Origin: Stegostoma tigrinum | Taxonomy: Eukaryota | NCBI RefSeq assembly: GCF_030684315.1 | Contig: NC_081380.1 | Coordinates: 1,118,379-1,182,378 of the forward strand | Length of the DNA: 64,000 nucleotides | Direction of reading: 5' to 3' | Shown: piece after piece, positions 26,245 through 41,013 of the stretch | Layout: each line of letters opens with the position of its first letter | How positions within the stretch are numbered: position 1 is the first letter of the stretch | The notes under the pieces: model-generated | Told to the model about the DNA's origin: nothing | The model's database searches: none | What the model saw: the letters and a program-made list of their open reading frames with translations, nothing else | Program-made: the position numbers and the translations under genes

Positions 26245-29200
26245 AGAAGGTGCAGCACTGGACCTCCTCTTAGGAACCAAGTTCGGGCAAGTGACTGAAG
26301 TGTCATTCAGAGAGCACTTTGTGTCCAGTGACCATAACTCTCTTGGTTTTAACACAGTTATGAAAAAAAATAGGTCAGGTCCACAAGTTAAGGCGCTGAA
26401 CTGGAGCAGGGCTAGTTTTGGAGCTTTGAGGCAGGATCTAGAAGAGGTCGAGTGGGTGAATCCTTTTGAAGGAAAAGGAAGGACTGAAAATAGGAAGCTT
26501 TTAAAACAGTGGAATTAAGAGTCCAGGTACAGCATGTCTCCTGTAAGGGTGAAGGGAAAGTCTGGCAGGTTTACGAGGGATATTAAGGCTGTCGTCAGGA
26601 AAACGAAGGCGGCATACGTTGGGTTTAAGCTATCGGGCTCAAGTCAATCCCTAGGCAATAAAAAGTATAGGAGCACACTCAAAAGCGACATCAGAAGAGC
26701 AAAATGACACTATGGGATGGATCTGGCAGATAATACCAAGAGATTGTATAGCTATGTTCAGAGTAAGAGAGTGGCTAGCGAGAGAATAGGTCTACTTAAA
26801 GATCAGCATGGCCATCTAAGTGTAGAGCCAAAGGAGATGGGGGAGATTTTTAATTAGTATTTCTCCTCAGTGTTTATTGAGGACAGAATCATGGATGCTA
26901 AGAAAATAAGGTAAACAAGTGGGGATGTTTTGGACCGCATACACATTACCAGAGAGGAGGCGTTTGAAGACTTAAAGCACATTAAGATGGATAAATCCCC
27001 TGGGCCTGATCAAGTCCATCCTCAGATGTTGTGGGAGGCTGGGAAGAAATTACAGAGGCACTTGCAGAGATTTTTCCTTCATCTTTAGCCACTGGTGAAG
27101 TTCCAGAAGACTGGAAGGTGGCTAATGTTGTTCCATTGTTTAAGAAAGGTAGCAAAGACAAGCCAGGGACCTACAGACCAGTGAGCCTGACATCAATGGT
27201 AGGCAAGCTACTGGACAGGATCAATCAACATTTGGATAGTCAAGGTCTGATTAGGGATAGCCAGCATGGATTTGTGCATGGTAAGTCATGTCTGACAAGT
27301 CTTTTAGAGTTTTTTTGAAGAGGTAACCAAGAGAATAGATGAGGGTAGGGCAGTGGGTGTTGTCTATATGGACTTTAATAAGGCCTTTAACAAGATCCCA
27401 CATGGAAGGCTAGTCATGACGGTTAGGTCACATGGGATCCAGGGACAATTAGCTAATTGGATTCAAAATTGGCTCAATGGTAGGAAGTAGAGGGTGATGG
27501 TGAAAGGTTGTTTCTCGGAGTGGAGGCCTGTGACTACTAGTGTGCCACAGGGGTTGGTGCTGGGACCTTTGTTATTTACATAAATGATCTGGATGTGAAT
27601 GTATGAGGCACAGTTAGTAAGGTTGCAGATAATACAAAATTAGGAGGTATCATTGATAGCAAAGAAGGTTACCAAAAATTACAGAGTGATCTTGACCAGA
27701 TTGGGAAATTGGCTGAGGACTGGCAAATGTAATTCAATACAGATAAGTGTGAGTGTTGCACTTTAGAAAGTCCAACCAAGGTAGGTCTTATTCACTACGG
27801 GGTAAGCTACTGGGGAGTGTTGTGGAACAGAGGGACACAGGAGTACAAGCACATAGTTTGTTGAAAGCGGCGTCACAAGTGTTCAGGGTGGTGAGGAGGA
27901 CATTTAGCACGATGGCCTTCATCGTTCAAGGAACTGAATATAGGAGTTGGGACATTATAGAACATAGAACATTACAGCACAGTACAGGCCCTTTGGCTCT
28001 CGATGTTGTGCCGACCTGTCATACCGATCTCAAGCCCATCTAACCTACACTATTCCATGTACGTCCATATGCTTATCCAATGACAACTTAAATGTACCTA
28101 AAGATGGCGAATCTACTACTATTGCAGGCAAAGCATTCCATTCCCTTACTACTCTCTGAGTAAAGAAACCACCTCTGACATCTGTCCTATATCTTTCACC
28201 CCTCAATTTAAAGCTATGCCCCCTCATGCTTGCCATCACCATCCTAGGAAAAAGGCTCTCCCTATCCACCCTATCTAACCCTCTGACTATTTTATATGTT
28301 TCAATTAAGTCACCTCTTAACCTTCTCTCTAATGAAAACAGCCTCAAGTCCCTCAGCCTTTCCTCGTAAGACCTTCCCTCCATACCAGGCAACATCCTAG
28401 TAAATCTCCTCTGCACCCTTTCCAAAGCTTCCACATCCTTCTTATAATGCGGTGACCAGAACTGTACGCAATACTCCAAATGCAGCCACACCAGAGTTTT
28501 GTACAACTGCAGCATAACCTCTTGGTTCCGGAACTCGATCCCTCTATTAATAAAAGCTAAAACACTGTATGCCTTCTTAACAGCCCTGTCAACCTGGGTG
28601 GCAACTTTCAAGGATCTGCGTACATGGACACCGAGATCTCTCTGCTCATCTACACGACTAAGAATCTTACCATTAGCCCAGTACTTTGCCTTCCAGTTAC
28701 TCCCACCAAAGTGCATCACCTCACACTTGTCTGCATTAAACTCCATTTGCCACCTCTCAGCCCAGCTCTGCAGCTTATCTATGTCTCTCTGCAACCTACA
28801 GCATCCTTCGTCACTATCCACGACTCCACTGACCTTAGTGTCATCTGCAAATTTACAAACCCATCCTTCTACGCCCTCATCCAGGTCATTTATAAAAATG
28901 ACAAACAGCAGTGGACCTAACACTGACCCTTGCGGTACACCACTAGTAACTGGTCTCCAGGATGAACATTTCCCATCAACCACCACCCTCTGTCTTCTTT
29001 CAGCAAGCCAATTTCCGATCCAAACTGCTATATTTCCCACAATCCCATTCCTTCGCATTTTGTACAATAGCCTACTGTGGGGAACCTTATCGAACGCCTT
29101 GCTGAAATCCATATACAGCACATCAACCGGTTTACTCTCATCTACCTGTTTGTTCACCTTCTCAAAGCACTCAATAAGGTTTGTGAGGCACGACCTTCCT

Positions 29201-30016
29201 TTTACAAAACCGTGCTGACTATCCCTAATCAATTTATTCTCTTCTAGATGACTATAAATCCTATTCCTTATAACCTTTCCCAACATTTTACCAACAATTG
29301 AGGTAAGGCTCACTGGTCTATAATTACCAGCGTTGTCTCTACTCCCCTTCTTGAACAGGGAACCACTTTTGCTATCCTCCAGTCATCTGGCACTATTCCT
29401 GTAGACAATGACGAGTTAAAGATCTGATATGTTACAGTTGTGTAAGTCGTTGGTGAGGCTGCACTTGGAGTATCGTGTGCAGTTTTGGTCACCCTGTTAT
29501 AGGAAAGACATGGTTAAACTGGAAAGTGTGCAAGGAAGATTTTGCAAGGATGTTGCCAGGACTAGTAGGCCTGAGGTATAGAGAGGGGTTGGCCAAGATA
29601 GGACCTTATTCCTTGGAATGTGGGAGAATGAGGGGGCGACCTTATTGAGGTGTGTAAAATCATGAGGGGCATAGATAGTATAAATACTCATAGGCTTTTT
29701 TTTCCAGGGATGGGGAGTTGAAAACTGGAGGGCATTGTTTTAAGGTAAGAGGGGATAGATTTAAAAAGGACTTGAGGGGCAACTTCTTCACACACACAGT
29801 GCTACATATATGGTACGGGCTGGCAGAGAAAGTGGTTGAGGCAGGTCAATAGAAACATTTAAAAAACATTTGGACAGGTACATGAATTGGAAAGGTTAAG
29901 AGGGATCGGGGCCAAATGCAGACAACTGAAACTAGCTGAGGGGGCACCATGGTCAGCATGGACCAGTTTGGACTTGAAGGGCCTGTTTCCATTGTGTAAC
30001 ACTGTATGACTCTATG
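26245..30016 (+). mobile_element. Degraded CR1 LINE (host of a nested younger CR1)
   Basis: RT fragments (GEVPEDWKVANVVPLFKKG..YRPVSLTS..SQHGF) with stops and frameshifts; CR1 3' tail ...atgactctatg. Confidence 0.9.
27957..29424 (-). mobile_element. Young 5'-truncated CR1 LINE nested in antisense
   Basis: Uninterrupted 422-aa RT ORF (QHGF, DFSKAFD, GVPQGSVLGP, FADD); (TATGTTC)n 3' tail at ~27957. Confidence 0.95.
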
Positions 30017-30689
30017 AGAGAGAGTGGCTCAGGTTTAGGGAATTTGGTCTTTGGTCTCTCTGCACATTATAAACTTGCTGTCAAGATTAGTTTCAGTAAT
30101 GGTGACATGACAACTACTAGTCAATTGTAGTAAAAACCCTTCTGGTTCGTAAATGAAGAAAATCTGCCGCCCTTACCCGGTCTAGTCTACGTGCAATTCC
30201 AGACCCTCATCAATGTGACTAATTCTTAGCTGCCCTGTGAAATGAAAACAAATCTTCCAATTCCAGGACACTAGGATGGGCAACAAATGTCTACATCCCA
30301 CAAAAGAATAAAAAACAAAATACTCACTTGGTGTCAGCCTTCACAGCAGAGCATGAGAATAAAGTGTCCAGGTTACAGGCAAAGCAAGACAGGAAACTTC
30401 CCAGATTTAATACAAATGAACGAGTGATCATGGCGAAAATAATGAAGATAGACAAATTTCCAAAATTCAACAGTGATCACCACAACAATAATTAAAATCG
30501 TTCAGCACCTTGAACATAAAACATCCCCAAGTGCTTCACAGAAGCATTGTAAAATGAAATATGACTGTCACAGATTTTATATTATAACCCCAGGTATTTA
30601 AGTATAGAAGAACAAGGATATTGTCAGGTTAATTTTTTTGTATATATACTGTGGTAAACTAACTAGAATTAGTTAGTCAGGAACATAGT

Positions 30690-31620
30690 GACTAAGCATT
30701 TGGATAAATATTAGTTAATCAGAATCCGCACAGATATGTAAAAAGAAAGTCATGTTTAATAAACCCAGTTACATCTACACATTTTCATGGTACATACAAG
30801 AGCTATTGATGTTCTGAACTTCCAGAAGAGATTTGAAAGGTTCTGCAAACACAGCGTCAACTAAGAGTGAATGGAGAAGTTAATCTATTGACACTGGTAG
30901 GAATTGGTTAGAAAGCAAGACACAGACTGGGCATAACACAAACACACACCAATGAGCAGACGGAGCGCAGTGGTAGCATCTTAGCTTTACAAAAAACGTG
31001 GATCCAGGAGTAGAGAGTTTAAGTATGTCAAATGAAGTGAAGTGGCACAATAATATAGATGAAAATCAGAAATTTGCAAATGGCCATTGATAAAATGATT
31101 CAGTTGGTAAAACTGTGGCAGATGGAGTTTACTATGAGCAGAGTGCTTTAGTAGAAGCTGCTGGGCAGATGGAGAAAATAACATTGGTAAGATGAGAAGA
31201 ATGCTCAACTAGATCTCACAGAGAACCAGAAGTGAGATTCCAGTTGTAGCTATAAACTCTGGTTCGATCCCAACCCCATTTAGGTTTCATTGAAGTTTTT
31301 AAGTTGATGAAAAACTTTGAAAGGATGCATAGAGAGAACCTGTCCCTGTACTTCATCTGGTGGGGGATTTCAGAACAAAAGGGCACAAAATTAGAGCCAG
31401 TGCCTTCAGTGGTGATTTCAGGAAACACTTCACACAGTAACTGTCAAAACCTGGAACTCTGTCCTCATAAATCTGTTGAGGCTGAAGTATTAAATATATT
31501 GAGATTGACAGCATTAAAGATCTGGAATCAAGCAAGGTAAAAGTTAAGATGCAGTAGAGCTACGATCTAAAGGAATGATGGGACAGGGACTGACAGGGTT
31601 TGAAGGATGCTATTTCCATC
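30690..31620 (+). mobile_element. Old CR1 fragment
   Basis: Degenerate CR1 RT and 3' motifs. Confidence 0.55.
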
Positions 31621-32529
31621 ACTGTTTTGTACAAAGATGGTCAGAAATGTACTTGTGCAGAACATTTATCTATACAGGCCAGAGATACTTTCAGGAATCC
31701 ATTTTATCTGACTATTCATGGAATATAAAGTGATTCACACCTCTCACAAATAATTTAAATAAATTAAGGCATGACATTGAAAACAAAATTTGATGTCTTT
31801 CTATATCAGAGAAAACGTAACAATTTTTAGTAAAAGTCATCTAGTTGGCTACCACTCACTTCCAGTTCTCTGTAAGATCAAGTTCAACATTCAACTTACC
31901 AATACTTTTCTCTAACTACACAAAAATAATCTGCTTTATTAAAGATTCGCTTTGTCAGACGAGCAAAGTATGAATAGTCCACAGTAGAACTCATCTATCC
32001 ACCAGAGTAGCTGCAGCTTACTGTAACCAGTTTTTGAATGACACCAGATTGCTAACACATATTGTAAAGACGGTGATCTCAGAAATGATTTAACATTTCT
32101 GCAGAGCTCAAGATTTAGAATATTTCAGAGTTACCAACACTCCTACAATTCATGCAAATATCTTTTCCATGGAATCTGAATACTGTTCCTGATTCACCCA
32201 AAAAGTACAGCCAGAACAGTTTTTAAAATATCTTTCCAATAGTAACAAAAAACTGAAAGTTAGCCGGAAATGTAAGGGTTGGCCTGTGCTGAACTAAAAT
32301 GAAGGGCATTTGGATTCCTAACGTTACAGATAACAAAGAGAAATCATATTTATAGAGCACATTTTAGACTCTCAGCACACTGAGCATTTTAAAACCCATT
32401 TGATACCGAACAAGGAAAATTAGTGTTGAATTAAAGGCATGGATGTATCAAATTTAAAATTAAGCAAAATAACACAGATACAGAAAATAACGGCCCTGGC
32501 TTTGAAAGATTATGAAGGCTTTTACAGAT

Positions 32530-35500
32530 GCCCTGAATAAAATATTCCAAATTTCCCTCAAGTTGGGATCAATTCCTTAAAATTGGAAAATTGCAGATGT
32601 TACTCCAACACTTAGGAAATTTGAGAAAGAAAAAGCAGAATGATAAACCAGTTAGTCTAACATTTGCTGTCAGGATATTGCTACAGTACAGAAATGAAGG
32701 ATCAAATGTCTGACTACCAAGACGTTTCAGTCAGAGAGGATTGTGTATTTGTAAAGGGTGGATCACACCTGACTAACTCGATAACATTTTTTAAAGAGAT
32801 GAAGCAAGTAATAAACAGGCACATTTCTTAATAATTTATATGAATGTCAGGTAGTCATTTGATACAATTCCCTCCTAAGAGACTGTTAACCACAGTTGAA
32901 GTTCATGGATTTGAAGGAAAATTATGAACCCATTTAAAAAATTGACTGAGTGACAGGAGACAGAAAGTTGGAAGAGTGAGATATTACTGATTGGCAGGAT
33001 ATGATTAGTGGTATCAATTATCCTATTTTCATTAATGACTTTGCTGATGGGATTTGTTTTATTAATTTATGAAGTGTGACATCACTGACCAAATCATCAT
33101 TTATTGCCCATCTCTAATTGCCCAGGGAGCACGTAAGAGTGGGTCTGAAGTCATATGAAGGCCAGGCCAGGTAAGGATATGACCATGGAGCAAGAGAATG
33201 CCATTCATCTCCTGAAGCTTGCTCTGCCGTTCAATAAGATCCTGTTTGAATTTATTGTAATCTCAAATCCACCCTCAGTCCTGAAACCCTGTCATCATTG
33301 ATAACCTCTCACCCCTTGAGTAATGCAGTTTTACAGCACAGCAAAAAACCTTTAGGTATACTGTGTGCATGCTTGTCATCAGGCATCTATCTATGCAGTT
33401 TTCTCTGCTCTAAGGAAAACAACACCAAACAAATCTAGTGTCATAATTGAAATTCTCCAGCCCAGGCAACATCCTGGTAAATCTCCTCCGCACTCTCTTG
33501 TGCTATCACATCCCTCCTATAACCTAACCAATGTTTCATACAGTTAACATAACATCCCTGCTCTTATTCAATGCATTCACAAATAAAGGCAAAATTCTGA
33601 ATGCCTTGTTAATCATTTCACCTGCCTGTCCTGCAACCTTCAAACCTTAGCATCTTACCATTTAACAATGTACTCCTTTGGCTTGTTAATTATCTTCCAA
33701 TCTAATAGAACAATTCCCTGAACCAAGGGAATCTTGGAAAATTAAAACTAATGTATTACCTATCTCATCAGGGACTTTTTTTAAGACTCTAGGATGAAGT
33801 CCAACAGGATCCTAGTATTTGTCAGCCCACAGTTCCTACAATTTATTCCGTACCATCACACTGGTAATTGTGATTTTCCACAGTTCCTCTCACCTCTCCA
33901 TTTCCTGATTTATTGTTGCTTCAGGGATGTAACTTGTATCCTGTATAGTGAAGACTGATACAAAATACCTGTTCAGTTAATCTGCCATTACTTTTCCATT
34001 ATTAATTTCCATGCTGACTTTGACAATCACTCACCTCGTTAACTCTTTTCTTTAAATATCTGTAGAAACACTTATCATCTGCTTTTTACATTTCTAGGTA
34101 GTAATTTTTCCCCTCCTTATTTATTGTTTGGTCTTCCTTTGCTTTTTTTAAATATTATGTCTAATCTTCTGAGCTACCACTCATCTTTGGACACAATTTT
34201 TTTTTGGTTTTGTACTATCTTTAATATCTCTAGTTAAACAGAATTGGTGGATCTGCAGAAATTTTCCTTGCTTGTTGGAATTTGTCTATTCTGAAATATC
34301 CCACTGTATCTCTACTGACCTACTTAACTTGCCAATTCATTTTAGCCATCTCTGCTTTCATATCTTCATAACTGCCCTTATCTGAATTTAGAAAAATCAC
34401 AAACCCCCTCTTTTCCCCTCACACTGAACGTAAAATTTAACCATTTTATGGTTGCTGATACCCAGGGGATGTCTTCACCAAAAGATTAATCCTACCCTGT
34501 TACAATACAAGGATGGCAAATTTCTTTCTCTAATGGATATTAATGATTCAGATGGGCTTGTACGATAATCAACATTGGTTGAATAATCACCACCAGACTA
34601 GCAGGTCATTCCGATTTTATCAAATTTAGATTTCACTCTCTACTACATGGGATCTAAATTAATGTCTTGCAGACCTTTAGTCTGGGCTGGGAGATCCCTA
34701 GTCAAGTACATTACCACTATGCCATGCTTCCCACTTGATAGATAACCATATATCCAAATTTCCTGAAGACACAAAAGATAAATTACATTATAAGGAATTT
34801 AGATGAAAGTGTAAAATTTACAGAGACACTGATAAGATTAATCACCAAAACTGTGGGAAATGGTTTTCAGGTAGGAAACTTTGGACCTAAAATTAAGGGA
34901 TTAAGATGATGCGTAAATAGTACAAAATGTTGGTGCAAATCCTAAAGACGTAAATGAAAACAATGTTTAGAAAATAATCATTAGAGCTAATAGAATGCGG
35001 GCCTTTATAGGTAGAGGGATATAAACCAAGAGGTGAAATCAGATTGAAGCAATTCAAAACCCTGGTCAGATAGCACACAGAGGAATGACAGCAGTTCTGT
35101 AAGAAAGATATATATTGACTTTAATGGGAGTGCAGCATAGGTTTACCAAAATGATATCTCTACTTCAAAGCTAAATTATAAGCAAAGATTCCAATAACTA
35201 GGATTGCATTGCTTTTGGGCCCGAATAGTGGTTGCAGTGTATGAATTAGTTTAAATCAGAAAAATAAATGTACATTTAATAAAGATAATGGTGTCACAGA
35301 TTTTCTTAAAGACTGGCCAAATAAATTTGCAGTTATAGCGTGGAAGATTAGTTCATGCAATAAATTCAAGTCAGTTTTTCAGGGCAGTACAATGGAGAAC
35401 CAACTGGAGAATGAGCTAGTTGGTATTGACTACTGTGCAATAGTAAAAGAAAAATTCATAATCTTATGGAAAGGAATAACTAAAGAAGTGACCAGACCAT

Positions 35501-36960
35501 GATGGAATTTCATGATGAGTTTGAAAGCAATTTAGCTAGGGTCTCAAATCTAAACAATGCAAAATATACGAGGACAATTTGGTTAAGGTAAATTTGGAAA
35601 CTACATTAGAAGATACAATGGTAAACAACCACAGTTAATGAGTGGAATTAAGGATGGTATCAGATCATAATAAAAACATTACAATGTTGCCAAACGATTT
35701 TTGTAAGCCTGAAGATTGGGAGGATTTTAGAATTCGGCAAAGGACAACCAAGAAATTGATAAGCAAGAGAACGTAAAAGTAGACTAGAAAGAGATACAAA
35801 AACAAATTGTGGAAATGTTAATAGCTCTGTAAATAGAAAAGCACTGGTGGAAGTAAATATGAACTCATAAGAGGCCAAGATAGGTTAAATTAGATGGCAG
35901 ACACTTTAACCAAATAATTTATCTGTCCTAGAAGACACAAAAATAATCCTGGAATCATTAGGAACCAAAGTTTTAGCAGGAAAAAGGAACTTAAAGATCA
36001 GCATTAGTAGTAGTCCTGGCAAAATCAATAGAACTTAGTAGTAACACATCCCCTCTACATCATTATCTGCATCTTTGTGCAGAAGGGGTAACCACAGAAA
36101 TTGTGATGCATTGGTTATAATTTTCCAGCATGCTGCAGTTTCTAAAGGAATTATAGAATTATTACAGCTAAGAAGACCACTTCACCTGTTGAAGCTCTGC
36201 AAGAGGTACTCAACTTGCCCCATTCCCCTGTCCTTTTCCCGCAGACCCACAAATGTTTTCACTTCAGGTACTTACCCAGTTTCTTCTTGAAAACCCTGTT
36301 TGAATTTGACACCACCACATTCTCAGGCAGCACATTGCACATCTGAACCACTCATTTAAGTTGTTTTTCCTCATTTAGACATTGGTTCTCTTGTCTTTCA
36401 CTCTAAATCTGTGCCCTCTGGTTATGGAACCTCAAATTAGGAACAATTTGTCTTGATGATATCAGTCTGAATCCCTCATGGTTTTGAATGTTGCATCAAA
36501 TTTCCCATCTACCTTCTCTAGCGAAAAACAGTCTTAGTTTCTCTAATCTTTCCTTACATTTCAGCACTTCATCTCTGGATCCATTCTAATAAATGAGTCA
36601 CAGAATGGTTACATCCCAGAGTGAGGCCATTCAGACTACTGTATAATTGCTGTCTGAAAGAGCAATTCACCTAGAGCCACTGCCCTGCCTTCATCCCATT
36701 GCCTCATTTTCTCCTATTTCAAATAATTCCCTTTAAAAAGTCTTAATTGAACTTTCACCACAAACTCAAAACAATGCATTCCAGGTTCAAAATACTTGCT
36801 GTGTGCAGTCCCTGCATTTATTGTTACTTCTGCTACTCCCTTCTCCCCCAATTTCACCTCACCTGAGCCATCTTGCTCTAGATCCTTTCACCAATGGAAT
36901 GGTTTCTTCCTATTCTTTTCTTCTCAACCTTCTCATCTCCAATGAGAACAGTCCCAATTT
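32530..36960. mobile_element. Patchwork of old CR1/L2 fragments on both strands
   Basis: Degenerate CR1 RT motifs (gcagatgttactcc, ccagttagtctaac, cagcccaggcaacatcctggtaaatctc). Confidence 0.6.
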
Positions 36961-37196
36961 CTCCAAACACACAGAATGCTGGAGAAAGTCAGCAGGTCTG
37001 GCAGCATCCGTGAAGAGAGAAGAGTCTTCTGTGACTTTTCTTCAGTTCTGAACAATCACTGGACTTGAAATGTTACATTTTTCCTGTACACAGGTGCTGC
37101 CAAACCTGTTAAGTTTCTTCACTGTTCTCTGAATCTGTTTCAGATTTATAGCATCCATGGTATTTTGTCTTTAGTCAACTTGTCCATTCTATCCAC

Positions 37197-38134
37197 TGTT
37201 GCAAAGTTGTGTACAGTACTTGTGAATTGGAAAGCCGGAAGTTAGAATTTGTTTGCAAAAATGATAGAGGGGAAGAGTGCATAGTCCTTTTAAGAGGTGA
37301 TGTGCTTTTAGTTCTGAAATTGAAACATATATATCAGTTGGTTGTATGTTGGAAACTTAGGCTTGGTTTGGTGTTAAGGCAACCAGCTTGCATATCAGCC
37401 AATTAATTTAAACCAGGTACTTTGAGACTGAAAGGCAACTGAATTTAAATCTGATGGTGTTGACAACCTTGGAACAATCCTATTATAAGAAAATTGACAG
37501 GTCATCAAGGGTGTATAAGAAGAGTTTTTGAAAATCAGAGTGACAGTGAACTGCCATCAGAAGAGTAAGACTCTGGCTTTCACAGAAATCTTTAAGCTTT
37601 CTGATTAAGCACCATCTAAAAGGTACCATGGCACTCTAAGCTCATATTCTTGACACCAGAATTCAATGGAGAGTCGTGTTTCAGACACGAGAATGCAACG
37701 GAGAAAAGCATTCGTAGCTGAGGATCAGTAGAAAGGGTGCAGAGCATTCCGGAAGACACACCCGATTGTAGTTTTCAGAGTCTAAGTTTTAATGCATTTT
37801 TTTATTACTTTGGTTTATAAGTATGATTTGTATTTAGTGGAACAGCATACCATTAGAATTTTGTTTTATTAGGGAATAGTTACTAGTTAAGGGGAAATTG
37901 TTCAGTTTGTTAACTTATTCATTGTTAGGGTTAGATGAATAAATTGTTACTTGTTGATTATAGAGTGAGTGAAGAGGATTTCATTTCATTTAACCTCTCC
38001 TTTGTAACAGTTTGGGAGGTGAAGGCACATTACACCATTTTTCCCATTTCCTTTAGCAGATTGTGAGGCCAGGCAAGCTTCTCTGGATGTTTAGTTTTTA
38101 ATTATCAGAGGGGTTCAACCTCCTCTCCATAACA
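37197..38134 (+). mobile_element. Solo LTR (938 bp)
   Basis: TGTTG...TAACA termini; 4-bp TSD CCAC (37193-37196 / 38135-38138); internal AATAAA; interrupts a CR1 fragment. Confidence 0.75.
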
Positions 38135-38534
38135 CCACATATCTATGAATGTTTTCTGCATTCTCTTCAAAACCTTCCCATCCTGAAGTGCAATGCCCAG
38201 AGCTAATAAACAATATTTCATGTGAGGCTAATCAGTATTTTAGAAAGGTTCACCATAATGTCCTTGTTTTTATATCTTTCATCTCTATTTTTACACCTCA
38301 GCCCCCTTAACTCTTTTCACAACCTGTCAAGATTCCTGCACATATACTCTAGCTCTTTATTCCTGCACTTCCCTTAGAATATTCTCTTTGTTCTTCCCAC
38401 CAAAATTAATTACTTCATAGTTCTCTGCATTAAATTTCACCTGCTACTTGCCAGTCACCTCTCCTTTCCATTTATCTGGTGTTCAGATCAATATTCATCC
38501 CCTAATCAGCATAATTTAAAAACAAATGATATGG

Positions 38535-38662
38535 TCACTACCACATTGCTAATTGTGGGATCTTGCTGTCATAGTAATGATAGCATTTCAAAAGTCCTTC
38601 ATTAGCTAGAAAATAGTTGATACATTTTAAAGGTTATGAAAAAGCGCTATATAAGTGCAAAA
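38535..38662 (+). mobile_element. DeuSINE-type (AmnSINE1/SacSINE1-like) 3' fragment
   Basis: ccacattgct..tgtgggatcttgctgt...ttcaaaagt.cttcatt.gct...aaagcgctatataagtgcaa resembles the Deu-domain tail. Confidence 0.6.
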
Positions 38663-40907
38663 TTCCTGAGCATTGTGACAACTGCCATTTCTTCATCAAT
38701 CTGGTCTCTGCAGTTTCTTTCTTTCTAGGAGGTATTTGTTTAGAGACTGAGGTGTCTCACTTCCTTTCCCTCAGTGATGTCTATATCCTGAGCAGGATCC
38801 CTGAGTCTCCAGACTCTCAGGTAGATTTCTTCAGACCATTTCTTGTATTTTGATTATCTCCGTTGGAAACATATCTGGACGCCAACTGGCATTATACAGT
38901 CCCGCCTCATGGAGATATCTGTAGCATGACTGCTATATCTCAGTATCTATCCATCAGGAATATTTCTGGACATTGAATAGTTCTCAGTACCTCCAATCCC
39001 CCTCTCTGCAGAATGAGGGATGAAACATGTACAAAAAGGAACCTCAAGGAGATAAATAATTTAACTGAAATAATTTAATTCCTGTCAAAAGATTTTGATT
39101 AAAATGTCTAGAGTGGATAAAAACAAGACTCCTGTCCACTCTATCAAATGCTCTGAAAGAGTTAAGAAATTAGCTGAATGTAGCTTTGTGTAGAAAGAAA
39201 ACTTGACAAGCTGGTGTAAACACAAATTATACTCAACAGCTTCACAATCAGCAAATCGTCATAGATCATTGGAGTCAAATTTTATGATTAGAATCATTTA
39301 AAGTACTTCAGATTTGGCACACATGTGAATTGATTAAAAGGTTTCACTACAAGCCTATTAGTACCCAGGTGCAGGCCTGAGGTTTACTGGGGTACAGGTT
39401 TTCACAACAACATAAAATATCGACATCCCATTAGTTCTCCCCAGTGTCCAGGCTATCCTATGAAACATCATCAACCTGAAATAGTAGCATTCTCTCTTCA
39501 GAAATTTTGCCAGACCTGCTCACTATTTTCAACATCTTCACATTTCAGATTTCCAGCATCCGCAATGTTTTTGCTTTTGTATGAGGAAAGCAGTTTGGTA
39601 GCCTGTCAATCTCCCTGCACGATCACAGTATTGCTCTTGGTTCACAGCCCTTTGGTTTATTTGCTGTTAGTCCCACTATGCTCATAGCATTTCCTATGAG
39701 GTGATCTTGGACCTTGGGATAAAAACTCTGCTTTATAATCAAATGCTAGTAACTCCAGCCTGTGATCAGCTTCCCTCAGTGGGTCATCTGCTCAAATAAG
39801 ACCAATGTGGCACATTGTGAACACAAGTATTGTGTTCTACAGGTTTATTTAATGGAATTGATCCAACTGGCTGTTGTAATATAGACCAGACATTCTTAGT
39901 ATTTGGATTTGTAGGCAATTCATTTCAGATACCCCTCTACAATTGGGTGCTGCTAATTAATTTGTAAGAATTTAATAGAGAATTAATTTTCAGAAAACAC
40001 CATCTCACCCTCCCATTACATGCAATAGATCTGAAATACTCACAAGACGCCTGCCTCCTGCTACCAAATCATTTCTGACAGCAAGCAAGTTTACCTGCCC
40101 ACTTCCTTATTCAGGGCTGCTTACATTGAGATTCATAGTCCCACACAACCCAGAGTTAACACATCACAAGCAAACACATTTTTACCTTGTTCTAGCCACA
40201 GGTTTATGGTATCTAGTTGCCAGGCACTGTAACACTGAAAAAGTTCTGAAGATATTCTCAGATTATTGGTGACTAATTATTAAAAGGATTCTATGTGCTT
40301 GACCAGGTTACACTCATCTGACATCAGCCTGTAACAGGGAGAGAATGTGCAACAGCAAAGCATTGGTCTGTTTAACCAATTCTGATTAGCTAGAGGCTCG
40401 ACTGACACTGGGCTTAGCTGTCTACATGTGTGACGGACAAAATAGATCAATCGAAAGACTGTGCAAGTTGACTGTGCTTAGGTAATATATTCTTGCATTA
40501 ATCCTGCTGAGAATAGATCAACTCCAGCTGCAGGCTTTTTGCTCAGAAATTTGATCTCCGTGTTCAGTGAGGTTTGATGGGTTGAGTTCTGTTTTCATCG
40601 TAAAAAGAATTCTTACAGCAGTCAGCAATTGCTCATAAAAACGATCAGTTATATAAAAATTATGGCTACACATTCTACTAAGATGAATGTGACTCCAAAG
40701 ATTGATCTTCCAAGAGACAATTAGCGTGAATACTCAGATGTGCAGTTTGATGGAACAGATCTCATTGAAATGTCAGCAATTCCAATATAACAGACAAAGC
40801 TGCAGGCACTGTCGGCCAATTGTAATTCACCCTCGAGATTTGACAGGTATCCATCATACAGAAAGTGCTTGCTGGTTGGTGGGTTGTTGGCAGTCTGCAA
40901 GGTGGTA

Positions 40908-40913
40908 TTTATT
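40908..40913 (-). terminator. Candidate DERL2 polyadenylation signal AATAAA
   Basis: First AATAAA ~100 nt after the stop codon; use not demonstrated. Confidence 0.4.
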
Positions 40914-41013
40914 GAACTGAACCAGGGTGACAGGTAACAGTAGGGAGGCAAAAGAGAATAAATATATCCTTTGAGGCCCTGCAGTGTGAGAGCTGCTTAC
41001 AGTTGATTTAAGT

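Noticed and set aside
28499-29218. 239-aa plus-strand ORF
   Set aside because: Antisense shadow of the CR1 RT frame
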